NCBI GenBank assembly: GCA_951406725.2
Contig: OX597816.1
Location: 77,748,001 to 77,812,000, forward strand
Origin: Octopus vulgaris
Taxonomy: Eukaryota
Reading direction: 5' to 3'
Length of the DNA: 64,000 bases
This document shows, one piece after another, positions 15,367 through 30,627 of this stretch. Under the pieces are notes generated by a model. It was not told the origin of the DNA and searched no databases. It worked only from the letters and a program-made list of their open reading frames with translations. The position numbers were made by a program, and so were the translations under genes. How positions within the stretch are numbered: position 1 is the first letter of the stretch; every line of letters begins with the position of its first letter.

Positions 15367-15431
<65 letters not shown>

Positions 15432-15494
15432 GTCTATCTATAAGCACATATACATACATACATACATACATACATACATACATACATACATACA

Positions 15495-15525
<31 letters not shown>

Positions 15526-16042
15526 GCGTGTGCGCTTGCGTGTGTATAAAAGAGCTAAAACATGAGTACAAACTGAAAATTCCCAATTTTTCTCTCTTTG
15601 ATTTCCAAACAAATTCTTCTGAATATTTGATAAGACGGATACATCGAAACCGGTTATATTTTAAATCACTCACTGTAACAAAAAGATTAAACATTTTCTA
15701 AAATATACTTTTGTGCCTTTTCCAACTTTATTTACTTTTTAAAATATATATGTGTGTGTGTGTATGTGTGTGCGTGTGTGTGATTGTACATGTTCGTGTG
15801 GTTAGGGCGTAGCATTCACTTCGACACCTGACGAGTGGCAACGCCAATACCTGTACAGGTGATGTCAATTTGATAAAGAGTATGAGATTATGTGCAGCAC
15901 AAACATTTTATCACTATTAACAAATCGTTTGTGGTAGTTATTCAGTATGAAATTGTAGAACCCTTATTTGTCCGTCTACTACAAGAGAGTCCACGATATA
16001 CATACATACATACATACATACATACATACATACATACATACA

Positions 16043-16076
<34 letters not shown>

Positions 16077-16559
16077 CATACAGAGATTTATTTATATGCA
16101 CATTTGTCTATACACTCGCATGTAGACGCATATATACAACTCCCCCCTTCTCTTGCACACACACACACATTTCCTCTTCTTCCTCCCCTTCTAATCTCTC
16201 TCCTTATCTCTCCCCACACATATATATGTTGTAATCTAACGTTGGACTGTTATAATGTCCACTCCGTTATAGTAGTATAGTTAGTTAGACAAATAAAACA
16301 CGACTATCAATCACGGACTACCACGATTGCTCGACGTCATAGTATTTGTAGCGACTAACACATACCACTTGTCAAGTGGGATAAGTGTTCCATTGTTGTT
16401 ATTATCCCCATAACATCTCCCATTCTAAGTTTTTTTCTGCCAGGGAGTATAATTTTATTTCTTTTTATTAACAATAATTTTTACATCACCCCACCACACA
16501 TTTTTGAGTTTTTTTGATGCAGTTACAAATATGTTTTCCGTTTGACAATCACTTCCAGG

Positions 16560-17420
16560 AACTCTCCCAAAAATTCGCAACTCTAACCAAAACCTGAAAG
16601 TAATTGGTAATATTCTGCCTTGCACTTAAAGATATAATTTCAGCTAATGATGTTGATATAGATCTCAACCACCTGTACTATGCATCTGCGAAAATCTCAA
16701 CAATTCTATGTGGTGAAAAGATTAGAAAACGACAACATTCCCACAAAAAGCCTACTTGGCAAGAGCGTATTCTAAATTCAGCTACTTAGGTCTAACATAG
16801 AATGTTAAAAAAACTTTAAGTTTGACAAGACTATCAAATCAACAAAAATCCGAAAATTAAAGAAAAAATATATGAAAACCATACTTGACATCGATACCAT
16901 CATAGAAACTATCAAGCAAAAAGTATGTGCTAAAGCTGCCCGCATAGCAAGATTTGAAAAGCGAGTTAAATTCTTCAAAGACATGTTCAAAAATAACCCA
17001 AAATATATTTACAGGAAGATAGGGAAAATACTAGTTACAGTGAAGTGTGTCCCATAAAAAGAAGTGAAGGAATTTTGGAATAAAATTTGGGCAGAAGAAA
17101 AAATACACAATAAAAAGACCCCTTGAATTGATAGAATCCTTCAAAGAGCAAAAATGGGTGGGTATCAAGAGGATGGAAGATCAGCTCTCGGGAAATCAAG
17201 CAAATGGAAGTCTCCATGAAAGGATTAAATTCCTAACTTCTGGCTGAATGGCTTCCCAGAGGGTCTTGAACTGCTAATAAAACTTGACAACAATGTTATG
17301 CAACAACCTAGTGTGATTCCCTCTTGGCTAGTTAATGGTGTAACATTCCTACTTTCAAAAAATGAAGAAACAAATGAACCAAAAAATTATCGACTTTTAA
17401 CTTGCATAATAACAATGTAT
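16560..17420 (+). mobile_element. Degraded non-LTR retrotransposon (R4/Dong-like), N-terminal RT region
   Basis: TIKQKVCAKAARIARFEKR..FKNNPKYIYR; EFWNKIW; WKSP..IPNFWL; IPSWLVNGVTFLLSK..PKNYRLLTC; frameshifted and cut by a SINE. Confidence 0.7.
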
Positions 17421-17798
17421 AGAGGGGACGAACTAGGACAGACAAACGGATTAAGTCGATTACATCGACCCCAGTGTTTCACTGGTACTTAATTCATCGA
17501 CCCCGAAAGGATGAAAGACAAAGTCAACATCGGCAGAATTTGAACTCAGAACGTAGCAACGGGTGAAATACCGTTATGCATTTCGCCCAGCGCGCTAACG
17601 ATTCTGCCAGCTCGCTGCCTAATAATAATAACTGATTCTCTGTCTGAAAAAGTATTACTCATAGGAGATGCCTTACATTTTTTATTACTCTATGTACAGT
17701 TTTGTAACTTCTATTAGCAAATGAAACATCTATAATGGTGAATAGATAATACCAAAAATTTTTCTTATTTCCTGCTTGCATATATATTTTTCCCTTGG

Positions 17799-17865
17799 AG
17801 AATGTCTGAAGAATCCTCAATATTACCAGGTGCAATGACCGACTCGAAACCGTCGGTAACATTCT
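17799..17865 (+). ncRNA. Hammerhead ribozyme with degenerate stem II
   Basis: Stem I AGAATGT/ACATTCT, CTGAAGA, GAAA, stem III ACC-GTC-GGT, GTA triplet; stem II pairs poorly. Confidence 0.55.
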
Positions 17866-18282
17866 AACTAGTCATATGGCATAATATATGTGTATGTATG
17901 TGTGTGTGTGTGTGTGTGTTTGTGTGTGTGTAGAGAGAGATAGAGAGAGGGAGAGAGTGAGAGAGAGCAATCCTATGAGCGTGTGCGTGTTTGTATCTCC
18001 TATCAGAACAAAGTGTTTTCATAGCACGATCAAGTTGTCAAAGTTAAATATGTAACCCTAATGTTAGTTTTGTCCAAGTTGCGGCTAATTCCAGGTCAAA
18101 TAATGTTTTCTCTTTTGATTAGGCAAAAAACCGATTTCAGAAAATGAGGAGGTGTAGTTGAAACAGGTTGACTTCAGTATTTTAATTGTATTTATTTGAC
18201 CCACAGTTCAGTTCATTTTATGTGTGTGCATCTGTGTTTGTGTGCGAGAAATTCCAATCGAATGATCGTATAGTCCACCATC

Positions 18283-18324
<42 letters not shown>

Positions 18325-18519
18325 GAAACTCTATTTACTCGATGCAGCTATATTCGGTTTATCGTCTCCTGGCATGTCTGCCAGCCAGGTGTTTCAAGTT
18401 TCGCTTCTACGAAGAAGACAGGTTGTACTAGGCTAGTACATACAACACAACCAGTCTTCGACGCACAGAGTCGCGTTGAAGCACCTGCTGAAATTTCATA
18501 GACACAATATACAGTGTGT

Positions 18520-18582
<63 letters not shown>

Positions 18583-19133
18583 CGCACATGTTATCATATG
18601 GGTGTTTACGCGCACACACACACATACATATATATATATATGGATAAATTAAGAAATGAAGTCAAACGCAGGTGTTATTTATATATATATATATATATAT
18701 ACGTATATATGTATGCTTGTATATATTTTATTCTTTTGTTCTTTTGCTCTTTTACTTGTTTCATGCTGGAGCACCGCCTTTTATTCGGAGATATTCTATC
18801 AGTCTCTTCTGTCGAACCGCTAGTTTATGGTGACGTAAGCATACCAACATCTGTTGTCAAGCAATGGTGAGGGAGGGAGGGAAAACACAGACACAAACAC
18901 ACACACACACACACAAACATATATATATATATAGGTAGATAGATAAGTAGATAGGTAGATAGATAGATATACGACGGGTTTCTTTCAGTTGCCGTCTACT
19001 AAATCCACTCAAAAGGGTTTGGTCGTTCCGAAGCTATAGTAGAAGACACTTGCCCAAGGTACCACGCAGCGGGACTGAACTCGGAACGATGTGGTTGGGA
19101 AGCAACCTTCTTATCTCACAGCCAAGCCTGCGC

Positions 19134-19225
<92 letters not shown>

Positions 19226-19551
19226 TTATATATATATGTATGTATGTATAGTGTGAATTTACAAAAAAAAAACAAAAGGCGAAGACGGTTTTGTAGACAA
19301 CAAACAGATGTGAGAAAGTCTTTTATGTTTCGAGCCTACGCTCTTCGACAGAAAGGAACACAGAAATAAACAGGGAGAGAAAATAGAACACAGACCCCCC
19401 CCCCCACACACATATATATATGTGTGTGTGTGTGTATAAACACATACATATAATTACATGTGGTATCCATTTTATTGAATGAAAGGCAAAGTAAATCTCA
19501 GTGCGATTTAAACTCAGAACTTTTAGAGATATAGTCTGATACACATATATA

Positions 19552-20150
19552 CGAGGTGGCACCAAAACGTAACTGGAAACAGTCTCTGTAGTTCAAGCTT
19601 CCGACTCTAGAAGCCACTTAATGCGATCCCCAGGCATCAGTCATCCTGTGTAGTCGTACTGCCATGTGATGCGTCTTTGTTTTGCAGTGCTTTTCTCCTG
19701 TTCATCGATTTTTGCGATGGTTGAAACGAAGAAACAGCGTGTTTCTGTGAAATTCTGTTCTCTGCTGGGGAAAACGGTGGCCGAAACAGTTGTCGTACTT
19801 CACACAGCTTACAAGGACGCTGCTGTGAGCAAAACACAAGTTTACGAGTGGTTTCCACGCTTTAAGAATGGTTACTTGCCGCTTGAAAACCAATCTCGTT
19901 CAGGACAACCGTCGACCTCCCAAACGAATGAAAACAACATGAAAATTCACGAACTGATCTTGGAAGACCGTTACCGAACAATTGGCAAACATGTTGATAT
20001 GGTTGGTGCGTCCTGGAGCTCCTGCCAACAAATTTTTTGCGAGGAATTGCGAATGAAAAGAGTTGCAGCAAAATGTAGGCTTTGCATGCTCACGGAAGAT
20101 CAAAAGCAGTCACGACTGAATGCGTGTCGTAAACTGAAAGAATAGTTGGA
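19552..20150 (+). mobile_element. Mariner transposon 5' fragment (TIR and HTH domain), truncated
   Basis: Begins TA-CGAGGTG. ORF QRVSVKFCSLLGKTVAET..AYKDAAVSKTQVYEWFPRFKNG..RSGQPST is the mariner N-terminal HTH; it stops before the DDD domain. Confidence 0.85.
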
Positions 20151-23100
20151 AGTTCTCTCGGTGTAGCGATTTTGGATTAATCCCGCCTCATTCTACTTGC
20201 CAACCGCTAACTTAAAATTGGTTTCAGATTATCAGCGGCTAGGATGAAACCGATTTCAAATTACCCCCTATGATTTCAATTAACACTCGTCAAATAAACT
20301 CTTTTAATAATCCATCGCCATTGAATAATGTTTCAAATTTTGGCACAAGACCAGCAATATTAGAAGGAGGGGATTAGTCGATCACATCGACCCCAGTGTT
20401 TGACTGCTACTTTATTTTATCGATTCCGGAGTGACGAAGTATAAAGTTGATCTCGGTGCTTTTTGAATTCGGCGCAGACGATTCAGTCAGCTCTCTGCCT
20501 TCTGTCTACTAGCTATAACTGGAACATTTTTTTATTGATTCTGGAAGAGCGAAAGGGAAAAGTTGGCCGCTGCGGAATGTGAACTCGGAACGTAAAGAGC
20601 GGGAAGAAATACCAACCCTTAAAGCACTACGTTGATCTATCGATTTTTTAATAATGATAGTAATTGTTTCTAACACAGGCACAAAATCTCAAATTAGCCA
20701 GGGAGGGGTTAGTCATACCATTTATCTCATACTTAACTACTACTTTATTTTATCAGCCCCACCGAAAGGATGAAAGGCAATAGCTATAACAAATACCACA
20801 AGGCGTTCTCACGAAACTGGCAATCCACCGTCCTTTTCATAACGGTTTCAAATTTTGGTACAGGATCAGCAGTTTTTGAGGGAAGGGAAAAGTCGATTAC
20901 ACTGATCCCTGTATATGACTGGCATTTATTTAATCGACCCCGAAAGGATGAAAAGCAAAGTCGGCCGCGGCGGGATTTGAGCTTAGAACATAAAGATTGA
21001 CTAAGTACCTCAAAGCATTTTGTTCGGCGTTCTAACAGTTCTGCCTGCTGTCGCCTTACATCATCCTTTTCGTAATAATAGTATTTCATATTAACATTAT
21101 AGTATCAAAACAACTGTTAAGCAATAATAATAATAAAAAAAAGATATCTATATAAGTGTATATTATATACATCAATTAAAATGTAATCATAGCGGGACAT
21201 ATATATTATTGCTATTATGCAAAAGTGTCGTAAGTCCCAAACGTTGCTTTTTCAGAAAACGAAATAGTTTCACCATTCCATAACAAAACCGCTGTACTAC
21301 ACTTTGACAATTTTCGAGATCTTGGTATCTAAAGTAGCTGGAGATACGATAGTTTGACCAAAAGAATTAGCTATTGCAAGCAAAAATAAATATTGAAAAA
21401 AAAATGCATTTGGCCAAATTTGGACATACGACAGTTTAACATAATAGCAATGCTGCGTTCGCTTTTTTTGACTTGAATATTAGAGTTTACTTTAGCCCAC
21501 CAGCTCAGTGGTAAGATTGTAAAAAAAAAAAAGATGCATTTTTTTAAAGAAAAGAGAGCTTTGTTCTCTCCGTCATTAGCGTCACCATTCACTCTTCACA
21601 TTTTAAGAAAGTCTTTCACAGTTCTACAGACCCGGAAAGTGTGATCAACTGTAGAGCTATTTTCTTCCTTCATATTTTGATCCATATTTTGGTAGTGTCC
21701 TGTAGTTCCAATAATAATCTTTTTTATATTTTATCTTTTACTTACTTCAGGCATTAGACTGCGGTCATGCTGGGGCACCGCCTTGAAAGGTTTTCTGTCG
21801 AACAAATCGACCCCAGTACTTATTCTGTCGGTCACGTTTATTGGAACACCAAGTTATAGGGACGTAAACACACCAACACCGGTTGCCTAGTGGTGGTGGG
21901 GACAAACATAGACTCTAAGACAGACATATACGCACACACATATGCGACGGGCTTCTTTCAGTTTCCGTCTACCAAATCCACTCGTCTTAACCATTTATTT
22001 GAAATAAATACCAGACTGACATGATTATTGAGGACGATTTGGACAATTAAACATTCGACAGCGGTGCTCCAGCTTACCCGCTGTCCATTGACTGAAATCA
22101 CGAACAGGATCAAATAAAACGTGTGTGCGTGCACGAGTGCATTGCATAAATAAAACAGCCAGCTGAACTGACTGACAGCTCTTCACTTCCACTAGCCAAA
22201 TACTAACATTCAGCTTTGTACCTTACTGCATGACCTCTATCAGGTATGTATGTTAACATCTACTTCAAGAGCGGCTCTCTTTACAACCGAATCAAGGACC
22301 TGCTTGTAACACAGCGAACGCCTTGAGAAGATAAACAAACACTTCAGTAACGAGTGCAACATCTATCTACATAGCACTTCATACAATCATTCCATTGACC
22401 AAGCTTAACACTTTCCATTCGGTAAAAACGACACCTCGCTGTGTATGTGCGTATATGTGTATGTATATATAATACGTGTCTTGGGTAAGGAGTTCCAGGC
22501 TTTTGAGGAGCGTGGAACAACCTCTTAACCACTATTGTTCTCAGATCTACTCTGACCCGGAGTAGTGGCACCTGTTAGAGTCCCAATTAATAGATTTACT
22601 AGCATGTAGACTAAGCCCTGCCTTATCTTCTTTTGTCAAATCCAGAACAGCGACTGTTACATCAGGCAGCTGCCCTGGTCACACACACCCTTTGCGTCTC
22701 TCCGACTTTCGGCAGAAAGTTGTTATTGGCTACAAGAGAACAAAGCTAAGCAAACTAGCTGTAAAGATGCCTCATTATATATCATAAAAGCTGCAGCGAG
22801 CTGCAGCTTGTCCCGACCCCAGTCTTCATTGATCTCCTCCTTGCTATTCGATCAGTCGTGGATAAGTCAATTTGTACGGAGAAGGATTGCGCGCCCTTCT
22901 CATCATTGGAAACAAATTTTTGCGCAAACTTCGATCGATATAACACGCACGCACACGCCCCCCCCCACAAATATGCATATGTTTATACATGTGCATGCCT
23001 GCGTGCGTGTGTGTGTATGTGTGTGTGTGTGTATCTGTGTCTGTATATGCGCGAGTGTGTTCGTGTAAAATACCGCATATTTCCTTTATATCGTCGTCGG

Positions 23101-23829
23101 AAATAATTACTTATATGGACATTTGTTACGCACTTTCGATATGAATAACTTCGCTAAAACTAATTATTATGTAGGTTATGGAGTACGTATTCGTCTTACT
23201 ACGAGTTTGTGTGCTGCCAGGAAGCTAATACCAATTTGAGATGTTTTTTTTTTTTCGAGTTGAATGTAAAACGGTGGGGTTTTTTTCGGGTTGAATATAA
23301 GACCTGTCTATTTTTCAGTACATCCATCCGTTCTAGCTAGTCTTAGAGAATATTTCTGTCTTTTTTTTATACCACCTGATGAAAAATACAGTTTTCGAGA
23401 CAACGTTCGTTTAGCGTAAGACATACTACAAGAAACGTTCATGCATATTTTCATTATATCATATATCGGAAGCTGATATTTTCTGTTTATTCTTTTACTA
23501 TTATAAAATTGTATAACCTTAAATAATTCTTCACTGGACTTCTCCTGTTTGACCCTTCTGTCCGGCAGTCGCCATGATAGATCGGTAGCCACTACACACA
23601 TTTTTTTCTCTCCTTGTTTCTCTCCTTGTTTTTTTTCTTCTCTGTGTCCCTTTCTGTAGAAGAGCGTAGGCTCGAAACGTAAAAGACTTTTTCTATTCCC
23701 GAGCGTTATACTTATACATCTGTTTGTTTTTGTACACCACCTGTCTTCGACTTTGTTTTTTTTCGTGAACTCTCTCCTATATATATATATATATATATAT
23801 ATATACGTATAGATGTATGTACATATACG

Positions 23830-23882
<53 letters not shown>

Positions 23883-24537
23883 TATATTATCATATGATTG
23901 AACACCACGCATCCTCTTCCAAGTAAGTTTTATCTTAATAATTCTGATGCGCACTATATACGATCTTTTTACTCTTTCGTTTTTCTCTCTTTCTCTCTCT
24001 TATTCTTTTACCTCCTCTTCTCTCACTATTCTATCCTATTACTCTTTCTCCCTCATTCCTCCTCCCTTGTTCACATGGCTCCCACGTGACCATCGACCAT
24101 ATTCCTTTTTCCTAACTTGTGTTTCTTTCTTTCTTTCTTTCTTTCTCTCCGTTGTAGCTGGAACAAGGAAGATGTGTTCTTGTCTGTCTCCTGTCCAAGC
24201 TTGATTTACGTGATCGCCACCACAACCTCTTTTAGGCTCAGCAGCATTTCCTGTTTGTTTTCACTGTCCTGTTTGTGTTACCGATTATGACCCTTCCGCA
24301 AAATCGTATAGCTGTATGTACATATACGCATGTATATATGCAAATATATATTATTTATATTATATATATAATTGTGAAGGTGTGTGGTCATATGCATACA
24401 TACATATAAACATACATACATACTTACACATACACGCGCATATACACACACACGTAAATATACATACAAACATACATACATACAGTGCACACACATATAC
24501 ATACATACATACATACATACATACATACATACATACA

Positions 24538-24569
<32 letters not shown>

Positions 24570-25571
24570 GTCAGTTATGTTATCCTACGTTAAGAAGATA
24601 GTTCAGTCAGTCAAACGCTGGAGCGGTTATGGCTGACACATATAGAGTCTATAAGAAAGGGAAATTGTATGTTTGCGAGCGAGATCAGTCATTGCATAAT
24701 CATACGTTACTTGCTACAAAGTTACATACATCCAGCCTCTGCACTTCGCAGTCCGTCATTTACTTCCACGCCAATCGATTATACGAGAAAACGTAGAAGC
24801 TTCAATGAAGAAGCGTCCGTCGTGCTAGTTATAGAAGTCAAATACTTTTTATAATGCATGCTATCTATTTGAATGACTCATAGATTGATGTAGTTCTAGA
24901 TGCAGAATGATCCGTCAAAATACAGGATACTTTCGACTGGAACGCTTTCTTTTTTTATCATAGGTCTGCGCAAACAGGACTGATCTGAGGTTAAACAACA
25001 ACTATCTGTAATTGTTGGATGGTGACATGGTGTCATGGTTCTAAGCTAAATTTCTTTACAAATTCTGAATATTGCAATGTATGTTTGTATAGAGAATTGG
25101 AAGTCTTTCTGTCCCCACCCACCACGAAAATAATAAATAAGCCAACTAAATAACCAAACAAAGCAAGAACAATGTTAACAAAAACAACGACAACAACAAG
25201 TACAGTTACAGTAACACCAACACAGTTTGGAGAGGGTCCTGCATACGTCATAAATGTGAACTCCCTAACGTATGCTGCTACAAACTATTCAAACAATTGG
25301 TTTCTTGACACATGTCTAGATGAATGTATATTCATTCTTTCGTTCCGTTAGAATAGCCATTTCGGTTTTCTATAGCAAAGACAAACAACGAAAGCAGTTG
25401 AATGGGAGAAAATGTAAAAATCTCACTCTGGCCCAAGAGTGAAGGCAACTGACAACGCCAAAGAGCTAAAATGGCGCCTTATACCTAAGCGTTTTTAGCA
25501 ATGAACGGTCTATGCATTTTTCAAATATGAAAATAAAATACAACCATAGCGAAATATCGATAATAATAATA

Positions 25572-25618
<47 letters not shown>

Positions 25619-26163
25619 AATAATAATAATAATACTGACACATTCCAAGTATTAAACATTGTCCAGAAATGTGGGAGAAATATGTCAAAGCGATTGCAGT
25701 TGATATATATGTCATAAACTAGTCTTCATTTGAGAGAATATACATTTTTTTTACTAAAAACGTGCACAGTTACATGTATATCACATCGACAAAGCTACAC
25801 ACATACATAACAAGTATATAACACTCTTACACAAGTACATACATATGTAGTATATATATATATATATATATATTTCCAAGAAAGTTAGAGCTTGTGAATC
25901 CAACCAACTAAGGGATAATATCTATCCCTTAGATGCTGGTAGAATACCCAGTTATTAATGCACAAGTGTTTTTTATTGCATTGCAATTACATTACCGAGT
26001 GTACTAAATGAGTGAGGGTAAAGAGTTATTTTGCCATTAATTTATAGAGAAAGCATATGTTATACATGTATGTATATTGTTGTAATTGTCATTTCAGTAA
26101 ATAAATAAATTGACATAATATAATGTCTAAAAGTTGATGAATACCACCTATTGATCTCCTCCA

Positions 26164-26269
<106 letters not shown>

Positions 26270-27257
26270 GTGTATGTATGTATTTATACAGAAACCGATA
26301 AATTCTGTAAAGTCTTGCGTCTTGAAATGTCAAATCTCTTAGAGTTTATTCAAAATGACCGACAACGTATGCCCATCTGACTGCTGTCATCTCTATCGAA
26401 CAAGCAACTCTGTTTTATAACAACTTTTATAGCATGTATTTATGTGTGTGTGATTGTGTGCGCGTGTGTGCACGCGTTCTTTCGTTCGTGCGTGTGTCTG
26501 TCTGTCTCTGTGCGCACGCGCGCTGTTGCTGTTCTTTGTGAGTTGTAAAGGTGTCTTTTGAATGCCTCAAACCACCTATGTCTGCCTAAAATGCACAGAC
26601 TTACGCGCACACGCACAAATATACAAGCGTACACGTAAATACACATACACACGTACATACACGTATAAGTATGCACGAACTCATGTATAGGAACGCATGA
26701 ACACACACTCAAACATGTATATACGTATAAAGGAATATTACCTATGTATTTTTATACCTGTAAAAATATGCATGTTTGTGTGTATGTCTGTGTCAGTGTG
26801 TACATGTGTCTATGAATAAGCATGTGTACATAAGTATCTTTTCGTTTCTTTTGTTAGGTTTCACCATTACTACCACTGAAGACATACTGGAAAACCGTAT
26901 TCAGAACTGAATATCCTTATATCTACCCTGCCGTTTCTGTATATGTCAAGGGGTCCAATTAGGGAAACAGTTATATAATTTCAGGTACTTAACTGCCAAA
27001 CTATTGCTATACAGGTTTCTGAAACGAGAATTTGTGGAAGCGAGTTTGGGAATCAGATCATCTCCCATTCCTCTTGTTCTACCGTGTATGCCAAAGTTTG
27101 GAGCAATACCTGAGAGAATCCGCCCCATGGTCGATTTGATGAACAGAGTGAGCTAATGTGCAACACGAACATTTGATCATTATAAACAAATTATTTGCGC
27201 AGGTAGGTCGTTCAGCAAAAGCTGAACACTCATTCGTCGTCTTCGGCGGGAGAGTTC

Positions 27258-27298
<41 letters not shown>

Positions 27299-27396
27299 AT
27301 AAGATCGTTAATTTAAATTAAACAACGATCTTATCAAGTGGCTAGCATGGAAATAAAAACCTTCAAAGGTAATAATATTATTAAAATTATAACTTA

Positions 27397-27640
27397 GGGT
27401 ATCTACGAGATATCGCCATCCTGAAAATAGCAGCCAGGATCTGACTCTAAAACCACATTAAGTGTTCATATAGCACAAGGAGAGAAGATAAAAAGACAAA
27501 ATAAAACTAGTAAAAAATTACTGGATAATTCCTTATTTTGTCTTTTTATCTTCTCTCCTTGTGCTATATGAACACTTAATGTGGTTTTAGAGTCAAATCC
27601 TGGATGTTATTTTCAGCATGACGGTACCTCGTAGATACCC
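27397..27640. repeat. Fold-back inverted repeat, ~108 bp arms
   Basis: 27397-27504 is the imperfect reverse complement of 27533-27640. Confidence 0.9.
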
Positions 27641-28443
27641 CAAGGGTAGAGTCGAGTTTGGTGAGATTTGAACTCAGAACGTAAAGACGGGCAAACCGTT
27701 TCGCGGCATTTTGTCTGGCGAGCTAACGATTCTGCTAGCTTGCCGCCTTAATATAGATATATATATACAATTCAAATGTACACGAAGCAAAAGACGAAGA
27801 CAGGCAAGGGAACAACAAACAAATGCATTAGTTTGACGCTTGAGAAGAACGGAAAAGTCTTTGACGTTTCAACCCTCCGTTCTTCGACAGAAGAGGATGA
27901 AAGGGAAAAAATGGAGAGAGAGAGAGAAAAACGGAAGGAGAGAAAATATGTAGAGATTAACAGTTTAACATGGATATAAATATATCTAATACATATGTGG
28001 GAAATTCTGTCTGTGGGTCTGTTTGTGGAGTTGTTGGCTAACTCCTCCTACATCGTTTTATCGATTTTAATGAAACTTGACACGTGAGTAGAACTCATGT
28101 CTGGAAACCTCATGGTATACTCAGATTGTTGAAAATATTGATAATAGGGCCTCTGAAAGGGATCCTTATATATATCTAATATATTTTATTTTAAAAGCCA
28201 AGGGAAATAACCCATTCATTTCCCTAAATTATTTGGTATAAATCAAATTAAGTATGCTTATTTCTTAATATTTGAACTGTTAAAGTTATTTTCGCAATTT
28301 ATCCAGTACAATCATTAAACAAGTAAATAGTATTTTCCTAAACAGTAGATCCAATTATTTCGGTTAGTGATTTATTCACGAACATACCAACACTAATGCC
28401 CCTGAGGCATATATATATGTTTACATATTTGTATGTATATGTC

Positions 28444-28532
<89 letters not shown>

Positions 28533-28540
<8 letters not shown>

Positions 28541-28788
28541 AAAGGGTTTAGTAAAATAAATTACTTTGCATACTGAACTCATTAGAAATAGCAGCTAAAA
28601 AACTTTTTCAAAAACTATTTCCAATACTTAAAGAAAACCTCTCTCATATAGTGTTTGCTATAACACTATATGAGAGAGGTTTTCTTTAAGTATTGGAAAT
28701 AGTTTTTGAAAAAGTTTTTTTAGCTGCTATTTCTAATGAGTTCAGTATGCTGCAAAGTAATTTATTTTACTAAGCCCTTTTATATAAT
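28533..28788. repeat. Fold-back inverted repeat, ~125 bp arms, in (TA)n
   Basis: Near-perfect palindrome centred at ~28659; a related element lies at 30674-31007. Confidence 0.9.
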
Positions 28789-28944
28789 GTAATAATTTGA
28801 ATTCGCCTTAAATGGTCCCTTTGTATACTGAATACTTGGTGAAATTGATTAATTAATTAATTTTACCCTCAATTGTTGAAAGTATATATATATATGTGTA
28901 TGTATATATATGTATATTATATATATGTATATTATATATATGTA

Positions 28945-29000
<56 letters not shown>

Positions 29001-29010
29001 TATATATATG

Positions 29011-29185
<175 letters not shown>

Positions 29186-29203
29186 CATATATGTATGTAT
29201 ATA

Positions 29204-29415
29204 CAGGGTACGGCAGAAATACTTCCCACATTTTAAATCTTTCACCTATTTGTTGCTAATGAAATTATGCAAGTGCCAATGATATTTTCATTTAGCTAAT
29301 GAACAAAAACTGTAACCCTTTGTTTAAACAATTGTAAAATTAATTTTTCATAAATGTTGTTTCTTTTTCCTTTTGTCAAACTTTCAAATGTGGGACGTAT
29401 TTCTGTCGCACCCTG
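29204..29415. mobile_element. MITE, Tc1/mariner type, ~212 bp
   Basis: Imperfect ~30 bp TIRs CAGGGTACGGCAGAAATACTTCCCACATTT and AAATGTGGGACGTATTTCTGTCGCACCCTG, with TA on both sides. Confidence 0.8.
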
Positions 29416-29503
29416 TATATATGTATATATATTATATCTATGTATATATATTTATGTATGTATATATATGTATGTACATATATGTATATATATGAATGTA
29501 TAT

Positions 29504-29546
<43 letters not shown>

Positions 29547-29612
29547 GGTCCCGGGTTGATTCGGGGTTAACCACAGTAAGTAAGGTACTCAATACATAGC
29601 AGAGTAAAATTA

Positions 29613-29729
29613 ATTTATTATATAGAAGGAGCTTCTACAGGACTAGTACTGTTTCATTCAAGAGAAATCTTTTCAAAAGATTTCTCTTGAATGAAACAGT
29701 ACTAGTCCTGTAGAAGCTCCTTCTATATA

Positions 29730-29735
<6 letters not shown>
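29613..29735. repeat. Perfect palindrome, 61 bp arms, 1 nt spacer
   Basis: 29613-29673 is the exact reverse complement of 29675-29735. Confidence 0.95.
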
Positions 29736-29793
<58 letters not shown>

Positions 29794-30234
29794 TATTAGG
29801 GAGTTAGGAGAGGTATGATAATCCAGGTATTTAGCACAGGAAGCACTGGCACGGACGACGGCTGTTTGAAAATTGCAAAAGGGGAATGTGGCAAGCAGAA
29901 ACCGATGTTGCGTATAAACAGAAAATATCTAGGTTACACTTTCGTTGTAGACTATAGATATTAGAAATAGAAGACAGTTTCTTCGATTTTCTTTTCTTTT
30001 CTTTTTTACTAAGCAATTCACAAAATATTTTGTGTATTGTTATTGTATTTTGTAAACAGTTCAGATGAAACAACTCTCTGAGCTGCTAGGTAATATAAAT
30101 TACATATAATGCATGGCTGGATCATTGTTAGCTTAGCTATAATGTGCGAATAGCCACCATGGAGTTATTGAAACAATTGTCGACTATAAAGTAAAAGTAA
30201 TAAATCCATAAACTCCAGTCTCCAATAAACACAT

Positions 30235-30301
<67 letters not shown>

Positions 30302-30592
30302 GTATATATCTTTTACTTCTTTAAGTCAGTATATTGAGGCCATACTGTGGCACTTCCGTCGAGAATTTAAGTCGAACGAATCCACCCCAGTATTTATTCA
30401 TTTTAAGCCTGGTATTTATTCTGTTTGTCTCTTTTGCTGAACCGCTACGTTACGGTGACTTAAGCACACTGACATCGGATTTCAAGTGGCGGTTGGGGAC
30501 AAACACAGATACAAAGACACACACACAAGTATACATACACGCCCCCAAATATATATATATATATATATAAACATATATATACATATATATGC

Positions 30593-30627
<35 letters not shown>

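Noticed and set aside
23371-23412. CTGATGA-AAAA..TTTT-CGAGAC hammerhead-like string
   Set aside because: GAGA replaces GAAA and no stem I can form; likely chance.
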